Positions 45,276 to 55,719 of a DNA stretch of 64,000 bases are shown here, in pieces. Below the pieces are notes generated by a model. It saw nothing but the letters and a program-made list of their open reading frames with translations. It was not told the DNA's origin and did not search any database. Every line of letters starts with the position of its first letter. Positions within the stretch are counted from its first letter, which is position 1. A program made the translations under genes and the position numbers. This DNA comes from an uncultured Gemmatimonadaceae bacterium (GTDB lineage Bacteria > Gemmatimonadota > Gemmatimonadetes > Gemmatimonadales > Gemmatimonadaceae): assembly GCA_963781585.1 (NCBI GenBank), contig CAWAGQ010000003.1, positions 64,001-128,000 of the forward strand, in the 5' to 3' direction.

Positions 45276-46367
45276 CTACCCCGCAGGGAGCGGCGAGCCC
45301 AGTGACTTTCGCAGCGCCCCGAACGCATCACCACTCCCTTGGGTGACCTCACGGATTCGTGCGATGGCCGCCCGAAGATCGCCTCCGGTCCTGGTCAGAA
45401 CGGCGTCGAACAGATCCAGGTCGTGCGCATACGCGCGCCGCGCCAGGAGCACGGCGTTGTTGAGTCGAATCCTTGCCATCCGGGTCGGAGGGATCGTGCG
45501 GAGCAGCGGTGCGATGCTGTCAGCCAGTGCACGCCGTCCGCGTGCGTACACGGTGTCGCGCGCGCGAACGCGCGCCGCACTGTCCGCCGGCCACTCGGCA
45601 TAGGCCGAATCGAGGGACCGCGCCAGTGCCCGCCAGAATCCGGACATGACCTTCTCGTCGGCCCATTCCAGGTCGGCCTGTCGCGCCGCGTCGTCGTCCC
45701 CGCGCGCGCGAAAGAACGCCGCCGCGCCGCGTGCCCCGACAAACGACGCAAACGATTCGTCGAACTCCACCTGGCCTTTCAGGAACTCCGTGTTGTGCAG
45801 CAGCTCATGGATGACGGTGTTGGCCAGATCGACCGTGTCCCGCCCCAGCGCCGTAGAGAGCAAGGGATCGTTGAACCAGCCTAACGTGGAAAACGCGCTC
45901 GATGCCCCCAGGACTGTATCGAAACCGCGCCGCTCCAGATCGTCGCGCGCCTGCCTGGCCGCGTCGAAGTCGAAGTACCCTTTGTACGGCACCGACCCCA
46001 CGATCGGAAACCACCAGCGGACCGGCTCGAGCCGGTCCCGGTACGCCGCCGTGAGCACCAGGACGAGCGTGTCGTGATCCACCCTGGCGTAGGTCGTGAA
46101 GCTCTCGCCCGCTCGCAGCCCCAGATCGTCACCCGCGAAGCGCCGGGCGTCGAGCACCAGCCGGAGACGCTCTCTGATCTGCGGGGACACGCTGCTATCC
46201 GCCACCATTGCCGTGATGGAACGACGTCGCAGGAGAATGCGCGTCTCTTCCCACGCGCCACGAAGCAGGTACCGTCCGGCCGGCAGCGCCAGCACCAGCG
46301 CCACGCCGAGCGCGAACAGTCCGGCGGCCAACTGCAGCACGCGGCGGCCTAACGTGCGAAGCGTCAT
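45276..46367 (-). CDS. Putative zinc aminopeptidase
   Basis: WWFPIVG.VPYKGYF, AFSTLGWF.DPL, HELLH..FDESFA. Confidence 0.85.
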   Translation of the reverse strand: MTLRTLGRRVLQLAAGLFALGVALVLALPAGRYLLRGAWEETRILLRRRSITAMVADSSVSPQIRERLRLVLDARRFAGDDLGLRAGESFTTYARVDHDTLVLVLTAAYRDRLEPVRWWFPIVGSVPYKGYFDFDAARQARDDLERRGFDTVLGASSAFSTLGWFNDPLLSTALGRDTVDLANTVIHELLHNTEFLKGQVEFDESFASFVGARGAAAFFRARGDDDAARQADLEWADEKVMSGFWRALARSLDSAYAEWPADSAARVRARDTVYARGRRALADSIAPLLRTIPPTRMARIRLNNAVLLARRAYAHDLDLFDAVLTRTGGDLRAAIARIREVTQGSGDAFGALRKSLGSPLPAG

Positions 46368-46571
46368 CTCAGATCAACCCTCGTGCGAAGGCTCGTCACG
46401 ACTCACCGCCGTTGCCGGATCTGTATCCGGCGGGAGGAAGCGAAGTGGCCACGCGCGTCAAAGCAGTATTGACTCATCGGTAAGTTACATGCTCGCAGAA
46501 CCTTACGTCGCGAGCGGAAGCGTAGAGCCCGCTTTGCCAGCCTGCCCCTCGACGAGTAAGTTTGCACTCGA

Positions 46572-49500
46572 ATGTCCTTCGTCCATCTGCACTGTCATTC
46601 GGAGTATTCACTCCTCGACGGCGCCAACCGCATCGACGACCTCGTCGCGCGCGCGCTCGAGTTCGAGCAGCCTGCCCTGGCTATCACGGATCACGGCAAC
46701 CTCCACGCCGCCTGGGAGTTCCAGGAGAAGGCCAGAGCAGCGGGCCTCAAGCCGATCATCGGCATGGAGGCCTACGTCGCCCCGGGCGATCGACGGTCGC
46801 GGGTCCGTCCAGCTCCTGGCGCCAAGCCCTACTTCCATCTGGTCATCCTCGCCCGGGACGAAAAGGGATATCGCAACCTGGTCAAGCTGTCGTCGCTTGG
46901 ATTCACCGAGGGGTTCTATTCGCGCCCACGCGTGGACCGCGAACTCCTCGAGCGCTTTCGCGAGGGACTGATCGTATCGTCGGCATGCATGGCGGGTGAA
47001 ATCGCCACCCATCTGATGGCGGACCACTGGGATCTTGCCCGCGAGACCGCGAGCTGGTACGCCGAGCGCTTTCCGGATCGCTACTACCTGGAGGTGCAGG
47101 CCCACCAGAGCGAAGGACAGGCCGAGCTCAACGAACGCGTTCTCCGCCTGGCGGCCGAGACGGGACTGCCGGTCATCGCGACCAACGACTCGCATTTCCT
47201 TCGTGCCGAGGACCATGACGCCCACGACGTGCTCCTCTGCATCGGGCTCGGGAAGGACCGGGAGGAGAAGGACAGGCTCCGCTACGATCGCGGTCTCTAC
47301 TTCAAGAATGCCGACGAGGTCCGCGCGCAGTTTCCCACGCGCCGCGACGTGCTCGAGAACACGCTCCGAATCGCCGACGAGTGTGGGTTCGATCTCGAGA
47401 AGAAGTACTCGGTCCCGTCATTTCCGCTGCCCGCGGGAGTCACGAGCGAGAACGAGCTGCTCGTCCAGCTGGCGACCGAGGGCGCCAGGCAGCGCTATGG
47501 AGACCCGCTCCCGGCCGATGCGCACCAGCGGCTGGACTACGAACTGCGCGTCATCACCGAGACGGGGTACGCCGGCTACTTCCTGATCGTGGCGGATTTC
47601 ATCCGCGCCGCCAGGGAGCGCGGAATCCCGGTTGGACCGGGACGCGGGTCGTCCGCGGGATCGCTCGTCGCCTACGCCCTGGGCATCACCAACGTCTGCC
47701 CCCTTCGCTACGACCTGCTCTTCGAGCGCTTTCTCAATCCGGAGCGGGTGTCGATGCCGGATATCGACGTCGACTTCTGCTTCGAGCGGCGCGGCGAAGT
47801 GATCGACTACGTCCGCGAGAAATATGGCAAGGACGCCGTGGGGCAGATCGTCACGTTCGGCACCATGAAGTCGCGCGCCGCGATAAAGGACATCGGGCGG
47901 GTACTCGGCTTCACACCGGCCGAGACCGACGCACTGGCGAAGCTCGTCCCCAACCAGCCGAACTACTCGCTGTCGGTCAAGGGTGCCATCGAGAAGGTCG
48001 GCGAGGTGCGCAAGCTGTATGAGAACGACGACCGGTATCGGCAGCTGCTCGACTATGCGGTGAAGCTGGAGGGGCTGTCCCGCCACACCGGGGTGCACGC
48101 TGCCGGCGTGGTCATCGCTCCCGGTCCCCTGGACGACTACGTCCCCATCTGCACTCAGGAGACGAAGGGGTCCGGCGGCCGCGAGTCGGAGCGATCGCGG
48201 GATCAGGGCTCTGGCAATCGGGAACGGGCCGATCGGGCGGGAGGAAGCACGAGGGACGACCAGCGCGTCATTGTGACCCAGTACGACATGACCGCACTGG
48301 AGAAGGTGGGCATGTTGAAGATGGATTTCCTGGGTCTCACCACGCTCACGGTCATCCACGACGCCCTGCGTGCGATCGAGGAACGCAGCGGAACGACCGT
48401 CGATCTGGATGCGATCCCGTTCGAGGATCCGCCCACCTACCGCATGCTCCGGACCGGTCGCACCGTCGGTGTGTTCCAGTTCGAATCGCCGCTGGCGACG
48501 GACATCCTCCGCAACATGCGCTGCGATCGATTCGACGATCTGGTCGTTTCCAACGCCCTGATGCGACCGGGGCCGCTCGACGCCGGGATGCACCGCGTGT
48601 ACCAGCGGCGCAAGCGGGGCGACGAGCCGGTCGAGTACGCGCTCCCGGAACTCCGCCCGATTCTCGAGCCCACCTTCGGCGTGATCACGTATCAGGAACA
48701 GCTGATGCGGATTCCGCAGGTGCTGGCCGGCGTCACGCTCGGCGAGGCCGATGTGCTGCGGAAGGCGGTGGGCAAGAAGGACGCGGAGCTGGTGCGGATC
48801 GAGCTCGACAAGTTCATCGAGAAGGCGGTGGCCCGCGGACACGACCGGCGGGTCATCATCGAGATCGCGGGACAGATCGAGACGTTCGGCCGCTACGGAT
48901 TCCCCAAAGCGCATTCGGTAGCGTACTCGATCGTTTCGTATCACACGGCGTGGCTCAAGTGCCACTATCCGGCCGAATTCATGGCCGCGCTGTTGTCGTC
49001 GTCCATCGGCGACACCGATGCGGTGGTGAAGTACATCAATGAAGCGCGGGAGATAGGTCTCGAGGTCCTGGCGCCCGACGTGAACGAGTCGGGATACAAG
49101 TTCACGGTGGTCGGTGATCGACGGTTGCGCTTCGGCCTCGGGGCCATCCGGAATGTGGGTCGCGCGGCGATCGATTCGATTCTCGCCGCGCGCGCCGACC
49201 GCCCGTTCGGCTCGCTGTTTGATCTCTGCGAACGGGTGGACCTGCGGCTGTGCAACAAGCGCGTGTTCGAGGCGCTCATCTACTCGGGGGCGTTGGACAA
49301 TCTCGAGGATGGCGGACACCGGGCGCAGCAGATCGCCGCGCTCGACGCGGCGTTGCAGGAGGCGTCGCTCCGACAGGGCGAGCGCCAGAGTGGGCAGGGA
49401 TCGCTGTTCGGCAGCCCGCTGGTCGAGACGACAACCGACGCGACGCCGCCGGGCGATCCCGCCCCGCAGCTGCCCAACGTCGCCCCGCTGGCCGAGTCCG

Positions 49501-50240
49501 AACGCCTCACGCGGGAGAAGGAGATCCTCGGGTTCTACATCTCGGGCCACCCGCTGGAGCCGTACCGCGCGGAATGCGAGCTGTTCGCCACCCACTCGAT
49601 CGCGCAGCTCGGCGCCTGGACCGACGGCGGCATGACGTTAGGCGCCGTGGTCACCGCGATCCGCCGCCAGGTGAGCCGACGCTCGGGCGCTGAGTTCGCC
49701 CGGCTCATCATCGAGGACTTCACGGGCACGCTGGAGGCGCTGGTCTTCCCGGAGGCGTGGGCGGCGCTCTCCGACCGGATCCGCACCGACGTCCCGGTGC
49801 TCATCCGGGGCGGCTATTCGCGACGCGACCAGGGTGCCGAGAATCCGACCTTCATCGTGGAGTCGGTTCAGCGATTCGAGGAACTGCGCGTGAGCGGGCA
49901 GGTCGCGGTGTCGATCGAATTGACGGACGAACATCGAACGGCGCCGCCCGTTCCCAGCGCCCAGCGCGCCGGCGTCGAGCTGGACGACGACGCCGTCGCG
50001 CCGGGAGACAACGGGAGCAGGCAGCGGCTGGCGCTCTCGCCCGACATCTTTCGCGATGTCAGAGCCGTCGTCGATGCGCACCCCGGCGCCGCGCCGGTGG
50101 AACTGCGATGGTCAGACGGCAGCGGTAACCTGTCGCGCCTGCGATCCCGCACCCTCAAGATCGCCGCCAGCAGCTCGGCGCTGAACGAACTGCGCGCGCT
50201 GCTCGGCCACGAGCGGGTGCGCCTGGTACGGGGAGGCTGA
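46572..50240 (+). CDS. dnaE: DNA polymerase III alpha subunit
   Basis: PHP domain HLH.HSEYSLLDG, GPGRGS.AGS, PDIDVDF, KMDFLGL, C-terminal OB fold. Confidence 0.98.
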   Translation: MSFVHLHCHSEYSLLDGANRIDDLVARALEFEQPALAITDHGNLHAAWEFQEKARAAGLKPIIGMEAYVAPGDRRSRVRPAPGAKPYFHLVILARDEKGYRNLVKLSSLGFTEGFYSRPRVDRELLERFREGLIVSSACMAGEIATHLMADHWDLARETASWYAERFPDRYYLEVQAHQSEGQAELNERVLRLAAETGLPVIATNDSHFLRAEDHDAHDVLLCIGLGKDREEKDRLRYDRGLYFKNADEVRAQFPTRRDVLENTLRIADECGFDLEKKYSVPSFPLPAGVTSENELLVQLATEGARQRYGDPLPADAHQRLDYELRVITETGYAGYFLIVADFIRAARERGIPVGPGRGSSAGSLVAYALGITNVCPLRYDLLFERFLNPERVSMPDIDVDFCFERRGEVIDYVREKYGKDAVGQIVTFGTMKSRAAIKDIGRVLGFTPAETDALAKLVPNQPNYSLSVKGAIEKVGEVRKLYENDDRYRQLLDYAVKLEGLSRHTGVHAAGVVIAPGPLDDYVPICTQETKGSGGRESERSRDQGSGNRERADRAGGSTRDDQRVIVTQYDMTALEKVGMLKMDFLGLTTLTVIHDALRAIEERSGTTVDLDAIPFEDPPTYRMLRTGRTVGVFQFESPLATDILRNMRCDRFDDLVVSNALMRPGPLDAGMHRVYQRRKRGDEPVEYALPELRPILEPTFGVITYQEQLMRIPQVLAGVTLGEADVLRKAVGKKDAELVRIELDKFIEKAVARGHDRRVIIEIAGQIETFGRYGFPKAHSVAYSIVSYHTAWLKCHYPAEFMAALLSSSIGDTDAVVKYINEAREIGLEVLAPDVNESGYKFTVVGDRRLRFGLGAIRNVGRAAIDSILAARADRPFGSLFDLCERVDLRLCNKRVFEALIYSGALDNLEDGGHRAQQIAALDAALQEASLRQGERQSGQGSLFGSPLVETTTDATPPGDPAPQLPNVAPLAESERLTREKEILGFYISGHPLEPYRAECELFATHSIAQLGAWTDGGMTLGAVVTAIRRQVSRRSGAEFARLIIEDFTGTLEALVFPEAWAALSDRIRTDVPVLIRGGYSRRDQGAENPTFIVESVQRFEELRVSGQVAVSIELTDEHRTAPPVPSAQRAGVELDDDAVAPGDNGSRQRLALSPDIFRDVRAVVDAHPGAAPVELRWSDGSGNLSRLRSRTLKIAASSSALNELRALLGHERVRLVRGG

Positions 50241-50242
50241 CC

Positions 50243-51211
50243 ATGGCGAGCACCCCAACGCTGGAGTTCGAACGGCCGATCTTCGAGCTCGAGAAGCAGA
50301 TCGACGAGCTCAAACGCCTGGCCGGCGATTCCCAGCTCCGCGTGGACGAGGAAATCGCGCCGCTGCAGCGGAAGCTCACCGAGTTGCGGCAGGAAGTGTA
50401 CCGCAACCTGACGCCGTTGCAGCGACTCCAGGTGGCCCGCAGCAGCAAGCGCCCTTTCACGCTCGACTACATCCAGCTGTGCTTCACCGATTTCATCGAG
50501 TTGCACGGGGACCGGCTCTTCCGCGACGACGCGGCCATCGTGGGCGGGTGGGCACGCCTCGACGGCGAGACCGTGATGGTGATCGGCCATCAGCGGGGGC
50601 GTGACACCAAGGAGAACCTCAGGCGCAACTTCGGGATGCCCCACCCCGAGGGATACCGAAAGGCGCTCCGGCTGATGCGACTCGCCGAGAAATTTCACGT
50701 GCCGGTCATCACGCTGATTGACACCCCGGGGGCCTGGGCCGGGCTCGGAGCCGAAGAACGGGGTCAGTCCGAGGCCATCGCCCACAACCTGCTCGAAATG
50801 AGCCGGTTGGAAGTTCCCATTCTGGCAACCGTGATCGGCGAGGGCGGTTCGGGAGGTGCCCTCGCGCTTGGCGTCGCCGACCGCGTGCTGATGATGGAGA
50901 ACGCGGTCTACTCGGTGATCACGGTCGAAGGGTGCGCGGCCATTCTGTGGAAGGACGGCAAGAGCCCCGAGATGCGGGAGCGCGCCGCGGGGGCCCTGCG
51001 AATCACCGCGAGCGATCTGCTGGATCTCAAGGTCATTGACGACATCGTACCGGAGCCGATCGGCGGCGCCCACACCAACCACGAGGTGGCGGCCCACGCC
51101 CTCAGAGACGCACTCCTGAGCCACCTCGAGGACCTGCGCAAGCTCAAGCCGGACAAGCTTGTCCGGCGACGCCGGGAGAAGTACCTGAAGATGGGACAGT
51201 GGGTGGAATAG
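50243..51211 (+). CDS. accA: Acetyl-CoA carboxylase carboxyltransferase alpha
   Basis: LEFERPI, ELHGDR, RNFGMP.PEGYRKA, GEGGSGGAL. Confidence 0.97.
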   Translation: MASTPTLEFERPIFELEKQIDELKRLAGDSQLRVDEEIAPLQRKLTELRQEVYRNLTPLQRLQVARSSKRPFTLDYIQLCFTDFIELHGDRLFRDDAAIVGGWARLDGETVMVIGHQRGRDTKENLRRNFGMPHPEGYRKALRLMRLAEKFHVPVITLIDTPGAWAGLGAEERGQSEAIAHNLLEMSRLEVPILATVIGEGGSGGALALGVADRVLMMENAVYSVITVEGCAAILWKDGKSPEMRERAAGALRITASDLLDLKVIDDIVPEPIGGAHTNHEVAAHALRDALLSHLEDLRKLKPDKLVRRRREKYLKMGQWVE

Positions 51212-51506
51212 GGCGCGAACCCACATGGCACCGTCGCTCAGCATCCGGACGCCTGAACCCTGACTGAGCGCTTGACCTGACGGCAGACGCCAGACAGCTA
51301 TCAGTGAGCAGCCGTCGGTATTCACAGGCAGCGTCAGCAGCTCTCGGTTTCAGAGGACGCCGTCTCGTCAACGACCGTTGAACAGGTGGCAGGAGGAAGC
51401 TGTCTGGGGTCGCCGATCTGTCCGCTGGTCGCTGCCTCCTTCGATCCGCCGGCTCTATTTGTCCGCCGCGCGCGGGCGGCTGGACTACGACTGACAAACT
51501 GACCTG

Positions 51507-52682
51507 ATGTCTCATCTGATCGAAATCATCTTCAAGGGCAATCGAAAGGAGTTCTTTCTCTGGGAGGAAGAATCGCCTCCTCCGGTCCGCGCCCCGGTCG
51601 TCGTCGAAGCCGACCGGGGCGAGGACCTGGGGTACGTGCACGCCAACGGCGAGCTGGCCCGGAAGCGTGCGGCGGGGTGCGCGCACGGCCCAGGCGCCGA
51701 ACCCGTGACGCAGGGAGCGCGTCGGGTCGCGTCGGATGAGGACGTGCGACGCCTGGAGCAGGTGCGCGGGCAGGACGAGTCCGCGCGCCGGAGAGTCATC
51801 GAGCGGGTAAAGGCGAACGGCCTGGCAATGAAGATCACCGACGCCGAGTGGCGTTGGGACCGCCGCAAGCTCACGATCTATTTCACCGCCGAAAAGCGCG
51901 TGGACTTCCGCAATCTGGTGCGTGACCTCGCTTCGACGTTTCGAACGCGGATCGAACTCAAACAGATCGGAGTGCGCGACGAGGCCAAGCGACTGAGTGG
52001 TATAGGGCGATGCGGCCGCGAATACTGCTCGGCGTCGTGGCTGCCGGACCTGCGGCCCGTGAACCTGGGTGTGGCGAAGGACCAGCGGCTGTCGCTCAAT
52101 CCATCGCAGATCTCGGGGGCTTGTGGTCGGCTCATGTGTTGCCTCCGCTACGAGCACGAGTTCTACGTGAAGCAGCGGAAACGTTTTCCAAAGGAAGGCA
52201 GGACCGTGGTCACCAGTCACGGCGAAGAGCGGATCATGGCGAACGACATCTTCCGCGAGCGCGTGACCCTGCGCAACGCGGACGGGGAACTGCGCACGGT
52301 GCTCCTGGCGGATTTCCGCCGGGAGGTCGGCGTCGGCACCACTCAGGAGATGCCTGCCGACGAGGAGACGCCGGTGCTCGCGATGGAAGGACTCACCGAC
52401 GAGGTGATCCGGCTTCAGGATACGGCCGAACTTCCGGCCTGGCGGCCGCGCCAGCCGGCCGAGCAGGCGCCACGCCAGTTGCCCGTGGTGTCCGCCGAGC
52501 CTGACGAGTCGGAGTCGGTGGAACCGGCGGAGGTCGCGGACGAAGCGAGTGACGCCACGGCGGGACCCGCGGGGCCCGAGCGCCGCCGCCGGAGGCGCCG
52601 CGGCCGTCGCGGGGGCCGGAAGCGCGGCGATCGCCGCCCGCCCGGCGACGAAAGCTCCGGCGCCCCAGGAGCGCCTGCGTGA
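51507..52682 (+). CDS. ricT: PSP1/YaaT (RicT) family Fe-S protein
   Basis: YFTAEKRVDFR.LVRDLA, RIEL.QIGVRDEA, CGREYC, ISGACGRLMCCL.YE. Confidence 0.9.
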   Translation: MSHLIEIIFKGNRKEFFLWEEESPPPVRAPVVVEADRGEDLGYVHANGELARKRAAGCAHGPGAEPVTQGARRVASDEDVRRLEQVRGQDESARRRVIERVKANGLAMKITDAEWRWDRRKLTIYFTAEKRVDFRNLVRDLASTFRTRIELKQIGVRDEAKRLSGIGRCGREYCSASWLPDLRPVNLGVAKDQRLSLNPSQISGACGRLMCCLRYEHEFYVKQRKRFPKEGRTVVTSHGEERIMANDIFRERVTLRNADGELRTVLLADFRREVGVGTTQEMPADEETPVLAMEGLTDEVIRLQDTAELPAWRPRQPAEQAPRQLPVVSAEPDESESVEPAEVADEASDATAGPAGPERRRRRRRGRRGGRKRGDRRPPGDESSGAPGAPA

Positions 52683-54211
52683 GTCGCTTCTACCTTACCA
52701 CCGCCATCGACTACGCGAACGGCGAGCCGCACTTCGGTCACGCGTACGAGAAGATCGGCGCCGACGTCATTGCGCGATACCGACGCCTGCGGGGCGACGA
52801 CGTGCACTTCCTCACCGGCATGGACGAGCACGGCCAGAAAGTTGCCCAGGCGGCGGTCGAGCGCGGCGTGTCCCCGCAGGAACTGGTGGACGAAATCGCC
52901 GAGCGCTTCCGATCCATGTGGGAAAGGCTGGGTATCTCGTTCGACCAGTTCATCCGCACCACCGACCCGGCGCACGAGCGCGGGGTACGGGCGTTGATCA
53001 AGCGGATCCACGACAGCTCACCCGACGATTTCTACGAGCGCACATACGAAGGGTGGTACTGCGTCGGCTGCGAGCTGTTCAAGCGCGAGGGCGAGATCGC
53101 CGACGGCAAGTGCGTCCTGCACCCGACGCGCGAGCTGGAGTGGACCACCGAGCGCAACTGGTTCTTCCGGCTGGTGAGGTACCGGGACTTCCTTCTGCGC
53201 CTTCACCGGGAACGCCCCGAGTTCCTCCAGCCGGAGTCCCGGCGCAATGAGGTGCTCGCGCTGCTGGAGCACGGCCTGGAGGACATCTCCGTCACACGCT
53301 CTCGACTGGCGTGGGCGATACCGTTCCCGCTGCCGACCGCCGACGGTGAAGTCCAGGGCACATGGGTCTGGTTCGACGCCCTGCCGAATTACCTCACCGC
53401 CACCGGATACCCGGATCGCCAGTGGCGGGAGCGCTGGCCGGCCGATCTTCACGTCATCGGGAAAGACATCACCCGGCTTCACTGTGTGATCTGGCCGGCT
53501 ATGCTGCAGGCCGCCGAACTACCCCTCCCTCGCAGGGTCTGGGCACACGGATTCGTGAACTTCGGCGGTGAGCGCTTCAGCAAGTCGGCCGGGGTGAAGC
53601 TCGAGCTCCAGGCGTCGGTGGACCGGTACGGCGCCGACGCGTTCCGATATTTCCTGCTTCGCGAAGTGCCTTTCGACGCGGACGGAAATTTCAGTCTCGA
53701 CCGCTTCGATGAGCGATACACCGCGGACCTGGCCAACGCCTTGGGGAACCTCGCCAGTCGCACAGTGGCCATGATCGAGCGATATCGGGAGGGCCTGGTC
53801 CCGGCCGGGCCGCGCACGGTGGTGGACGAGGCCGACGCGGTGGACTACGGGGCCTATCATGAGTCGATGGGCGACGGGCGCGGATATCTGCTGCACGAAG
53901 CACTGCAGGCCATCTGGCGCGCGGTTCGCCGCGGGAACGAGTACGTGGACCAGCGCGCGCCGTGGAGGCTCGCCAGGGATCCCGCGGCGGCGTCATCACT
54001 CGACGAGACGCTGGCCTCGCTCGTCCGGCAGCTGGCCCGATTTGCAGTCGCGCTCTTCCCATTCATGCCCGCGAAGAGCGATGAGCTGTGGCGGACGCTC
54101 GGGGCGCCCGGCGAGCTGGCGGCCCAGCGTTTCGACGACCTCATGTCGGTCGACGCGGCCGGTTGGCGCGTTGCGAAAGGGGCGCCGCTGTTTCCGAAAG
54201 CGGAAGACTAG
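52679..54211 (+). CDS. metG: Methionyl-tRNA synthetase (short form)
   Basis: YLTTAI.Y.NG.PHFGH, TG.DEHGQK, VWFDAL.NY, GKDI..H, RFSKS. Confidence 0.93.
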   Translation: MSRFYLTTAIDYANGEPHFGHAYEKIGADVIARYRRLRGDDVHFLTGMDEHGQKVAQAAVERGVSPQELVDEIAERFRSMWERLGISFDQFIRTTDPAHERGVRALIKRIHDSSPDDFYERTYEGWYCVGCELFKREGEIADGKCVLHPTRELEWTTERNWFFRLVRYRDFLLRLHRERPEFLQPESRRNEVLALLEHGLEDISVTRSRLAWAIPFPLPTADGEVQGTWVWFDALPNYLTATGYPDRQWRERWPADLHVIGKDITRLHCVIWPAMLQAAELPLPRRVWAHGFVNFGGERFSKSAGVKLELQASVDRYGADAFRYFLLREVPFDADGNFSLDRFDERYTADLANALGNLASRTVAMIERYREGLVPAGPRTVVDEADAVDYGAYHESMGDGRGYLLHEALQAIWRAVRRGNEYVDQRAPWRLARDPAAASSLDETLASLVRQLARFAVALFPFMPAKSDELWRTLGAPGELAAQRFDDLMSVDAAGWRVAKGAPLFPKAED

Positions 54212-54217
54212 GAGCGC

Positions 54218-54799
54218 TCAGGGCTTCTTCGGCGCCCCGAAATCCACCTTGGGTGCTTCGCGCGCTTCGGGATTGGACACTTCGAAGTAGGTGCGCTCCT
54301 TGGCCCCGATCACCTTGGCGGTCAGCACGGCCGGAAACCGGCGGATGTACGTGTTGTACTGCTGGACCGCCGTGTTGTAGTCGGTACGCGCGGTCGCAAT
54401 CCGGTTCTCGGTCCCTTCGAGCTCATCCTGCAGCCGCAGAAAGGCCTGATCCGACTTGAGCTGCGGATACGCCTCCACGGTGACCATCAGCCCGCGCAGC
54501 GCGGTGCTCAGCTGTTCGTTGGCATTCGCCATCTCGACCGGATCTCCCTTCTGCACGGCGCCTAACAAGCCGGCCCGTGCCTGGGTGACCTGCGTGAACA
54601 CGTTGAGTTCCTGCGCCGCCTGTCCCTTGACGGTCTGCACCAGATTCGGCACCAGGTCGGCGCGGCGCTGCAGCTGCACCTCGATCTGCTGCTTGCCCAC
54701 GTTCACCTGCTCGTCCAGGGTCTGGATCCGGTTGTACCCACACCCGGTGGTCCCGATCACCAGCGCGGCCACAAACCACTGACGTCGCCCCATTGTCAT
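54218..54799 (-). CDS. lemA: LemA family protein
   Basis: GCGYN, QRRADLVPNLV.TVKG, EAYPQLKSD..F, LEGTENRI..AR.DYN. Confidence 0.95.
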   Translation of the reverse strand: MTMGRRQWFVAALVIGTTGCGYNRIQTLDEQVNVGKQQIEVQLQRRADLVPNLVQTVKGQAAQELNVFTQVTQARAGLLGAVQKGDPVEMANANEQLSTALRGLMVTVEAYPQLKSDQAFLRLQDELEGTENRIATARTDYNTAVQQYNTYIRRFPAVLTAKVIGAKERTYFEVSNPEAREAPKVDFGAPKKP

Positions 54800-54821
54800 C
54801 TCCAGTTAGGCAGTTATCAGG

Positions 54822-54990
54822 TCAGCCATCCGCGATCAGATCATCAGCGATCAGCCGTCAGCGATCAGCCGTCAGCGATCAGCCGTCAGCGATCAACCAT
54901 CAGCCTTCGGCCATCCGCCCGTCTCGATCCATCCGCCCAATCCGTTCCCAACCGCCTGATCCGTCCTTTCGTCCTTCTCCGCCATTCGCT
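54822..54990 (-). repeat. Heptamer array (TCAGCGA TCAGCCG)n on the plus strand, then degenerate units of about 9 bp (TCCGYC)
   Basis: Read directly; lies inside the TPM-NTase-LemA operon. Confidence 0.9.
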
Positions 54991-55716
54991 TCAGGTCTCT
55001 CCCTCGAACCGATCCAGAAACTCCACCAGCCCCGCCACACCGCCCAGATACTGCTCCACCAATCCCAGCACCGCCGAAGTGTCCAGCGGCTCGCGACCCT
55101 CGCCACGCCCGCGTTCGGTGACCCGCCGGATTGGCTCGAGGTCGATTCCCGTCCGGGCACCAGCGCGATTGAGCATCGACGGGGAATCCGCCGGTGGTTC
55201 CTCGCCCATCAGCCAAAGCGTCGCCCGCAGCAGCACCAGAATCGAACCCACGCTCGCTGCCATGAGATCGCGCAGCGCGGACGCGTCCCCTCCGGCTGAC
55301 AGTATCGCGTGCCGCAACCGCAGCAGCTTGCTCATCGCTTCGTGCTCGAGCTGCAGCCGAAGATCCCGCCGCTCCACGCGAATGCCGTCCAACGGAAGCG
55401 CGCCATGAAGCACCCGGTGATGCGCGAGAATATCCGAGTATTCGATCGGGAAGATATCCGCCGAACTGCGCCACTCCGCCAGCGTCAGGGTGAGCGGGGG
55501 TGGATTCCCCGCTTCGCGCCACGATCGCGCCACAGCCGATTCCTGGCGCAGGTGTTCCATGGTGATCCGGTCCACCACCACCAGCACATTGAGGTCTGAG
55601 CGCTTGGCCACGTGCTCGCCGCGTGCCGCCGAGCCGTAGAGCACCACGCACTGGAGCCCGTTCCCGTACGCGAGCGTCAGCTGCCTGACGAGTTCGTCCA
55701 GCGTCATCTGGGCCAT
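54991..55716 (-). CDS. Nucleotidyltransferase-fold protein with C-terminal helical domain
   Basis: VVLYGSAARG..SDLNVLVV (pol-beta NTase signature, DxD appears as DxN), DIFPIEY. Confidence 0.8.
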   Translation of the reverse strand: MAQMTLDELVRQLTLAYGNGLQCVVLYGSAARGEHVAKRSDLNVLVVVDRITMEHLRQESAVARSWREAGNPPPLTLTLAEWRSSADIFPIEYSDILAHHRVLHGALPLDGIRVERRDLRLQLEHEAMSKLLRLRHAILSAGGDASALRDLMAASVGSILVLLRATLWLMGEEPPADSPSMLNRAGARTGIDLEPIRRVTERGRGEGREPLDTSAVLGLVEQYLGGVAGLVEFLDRFEGET

Positions 55717-55719
55717 AGG

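Noticed and set aside
46572..50240. Intein in DnaE or LipB
   Set aside because: The inserts are short and lack the N-terminal C/S block and the HN-C/S/T end.
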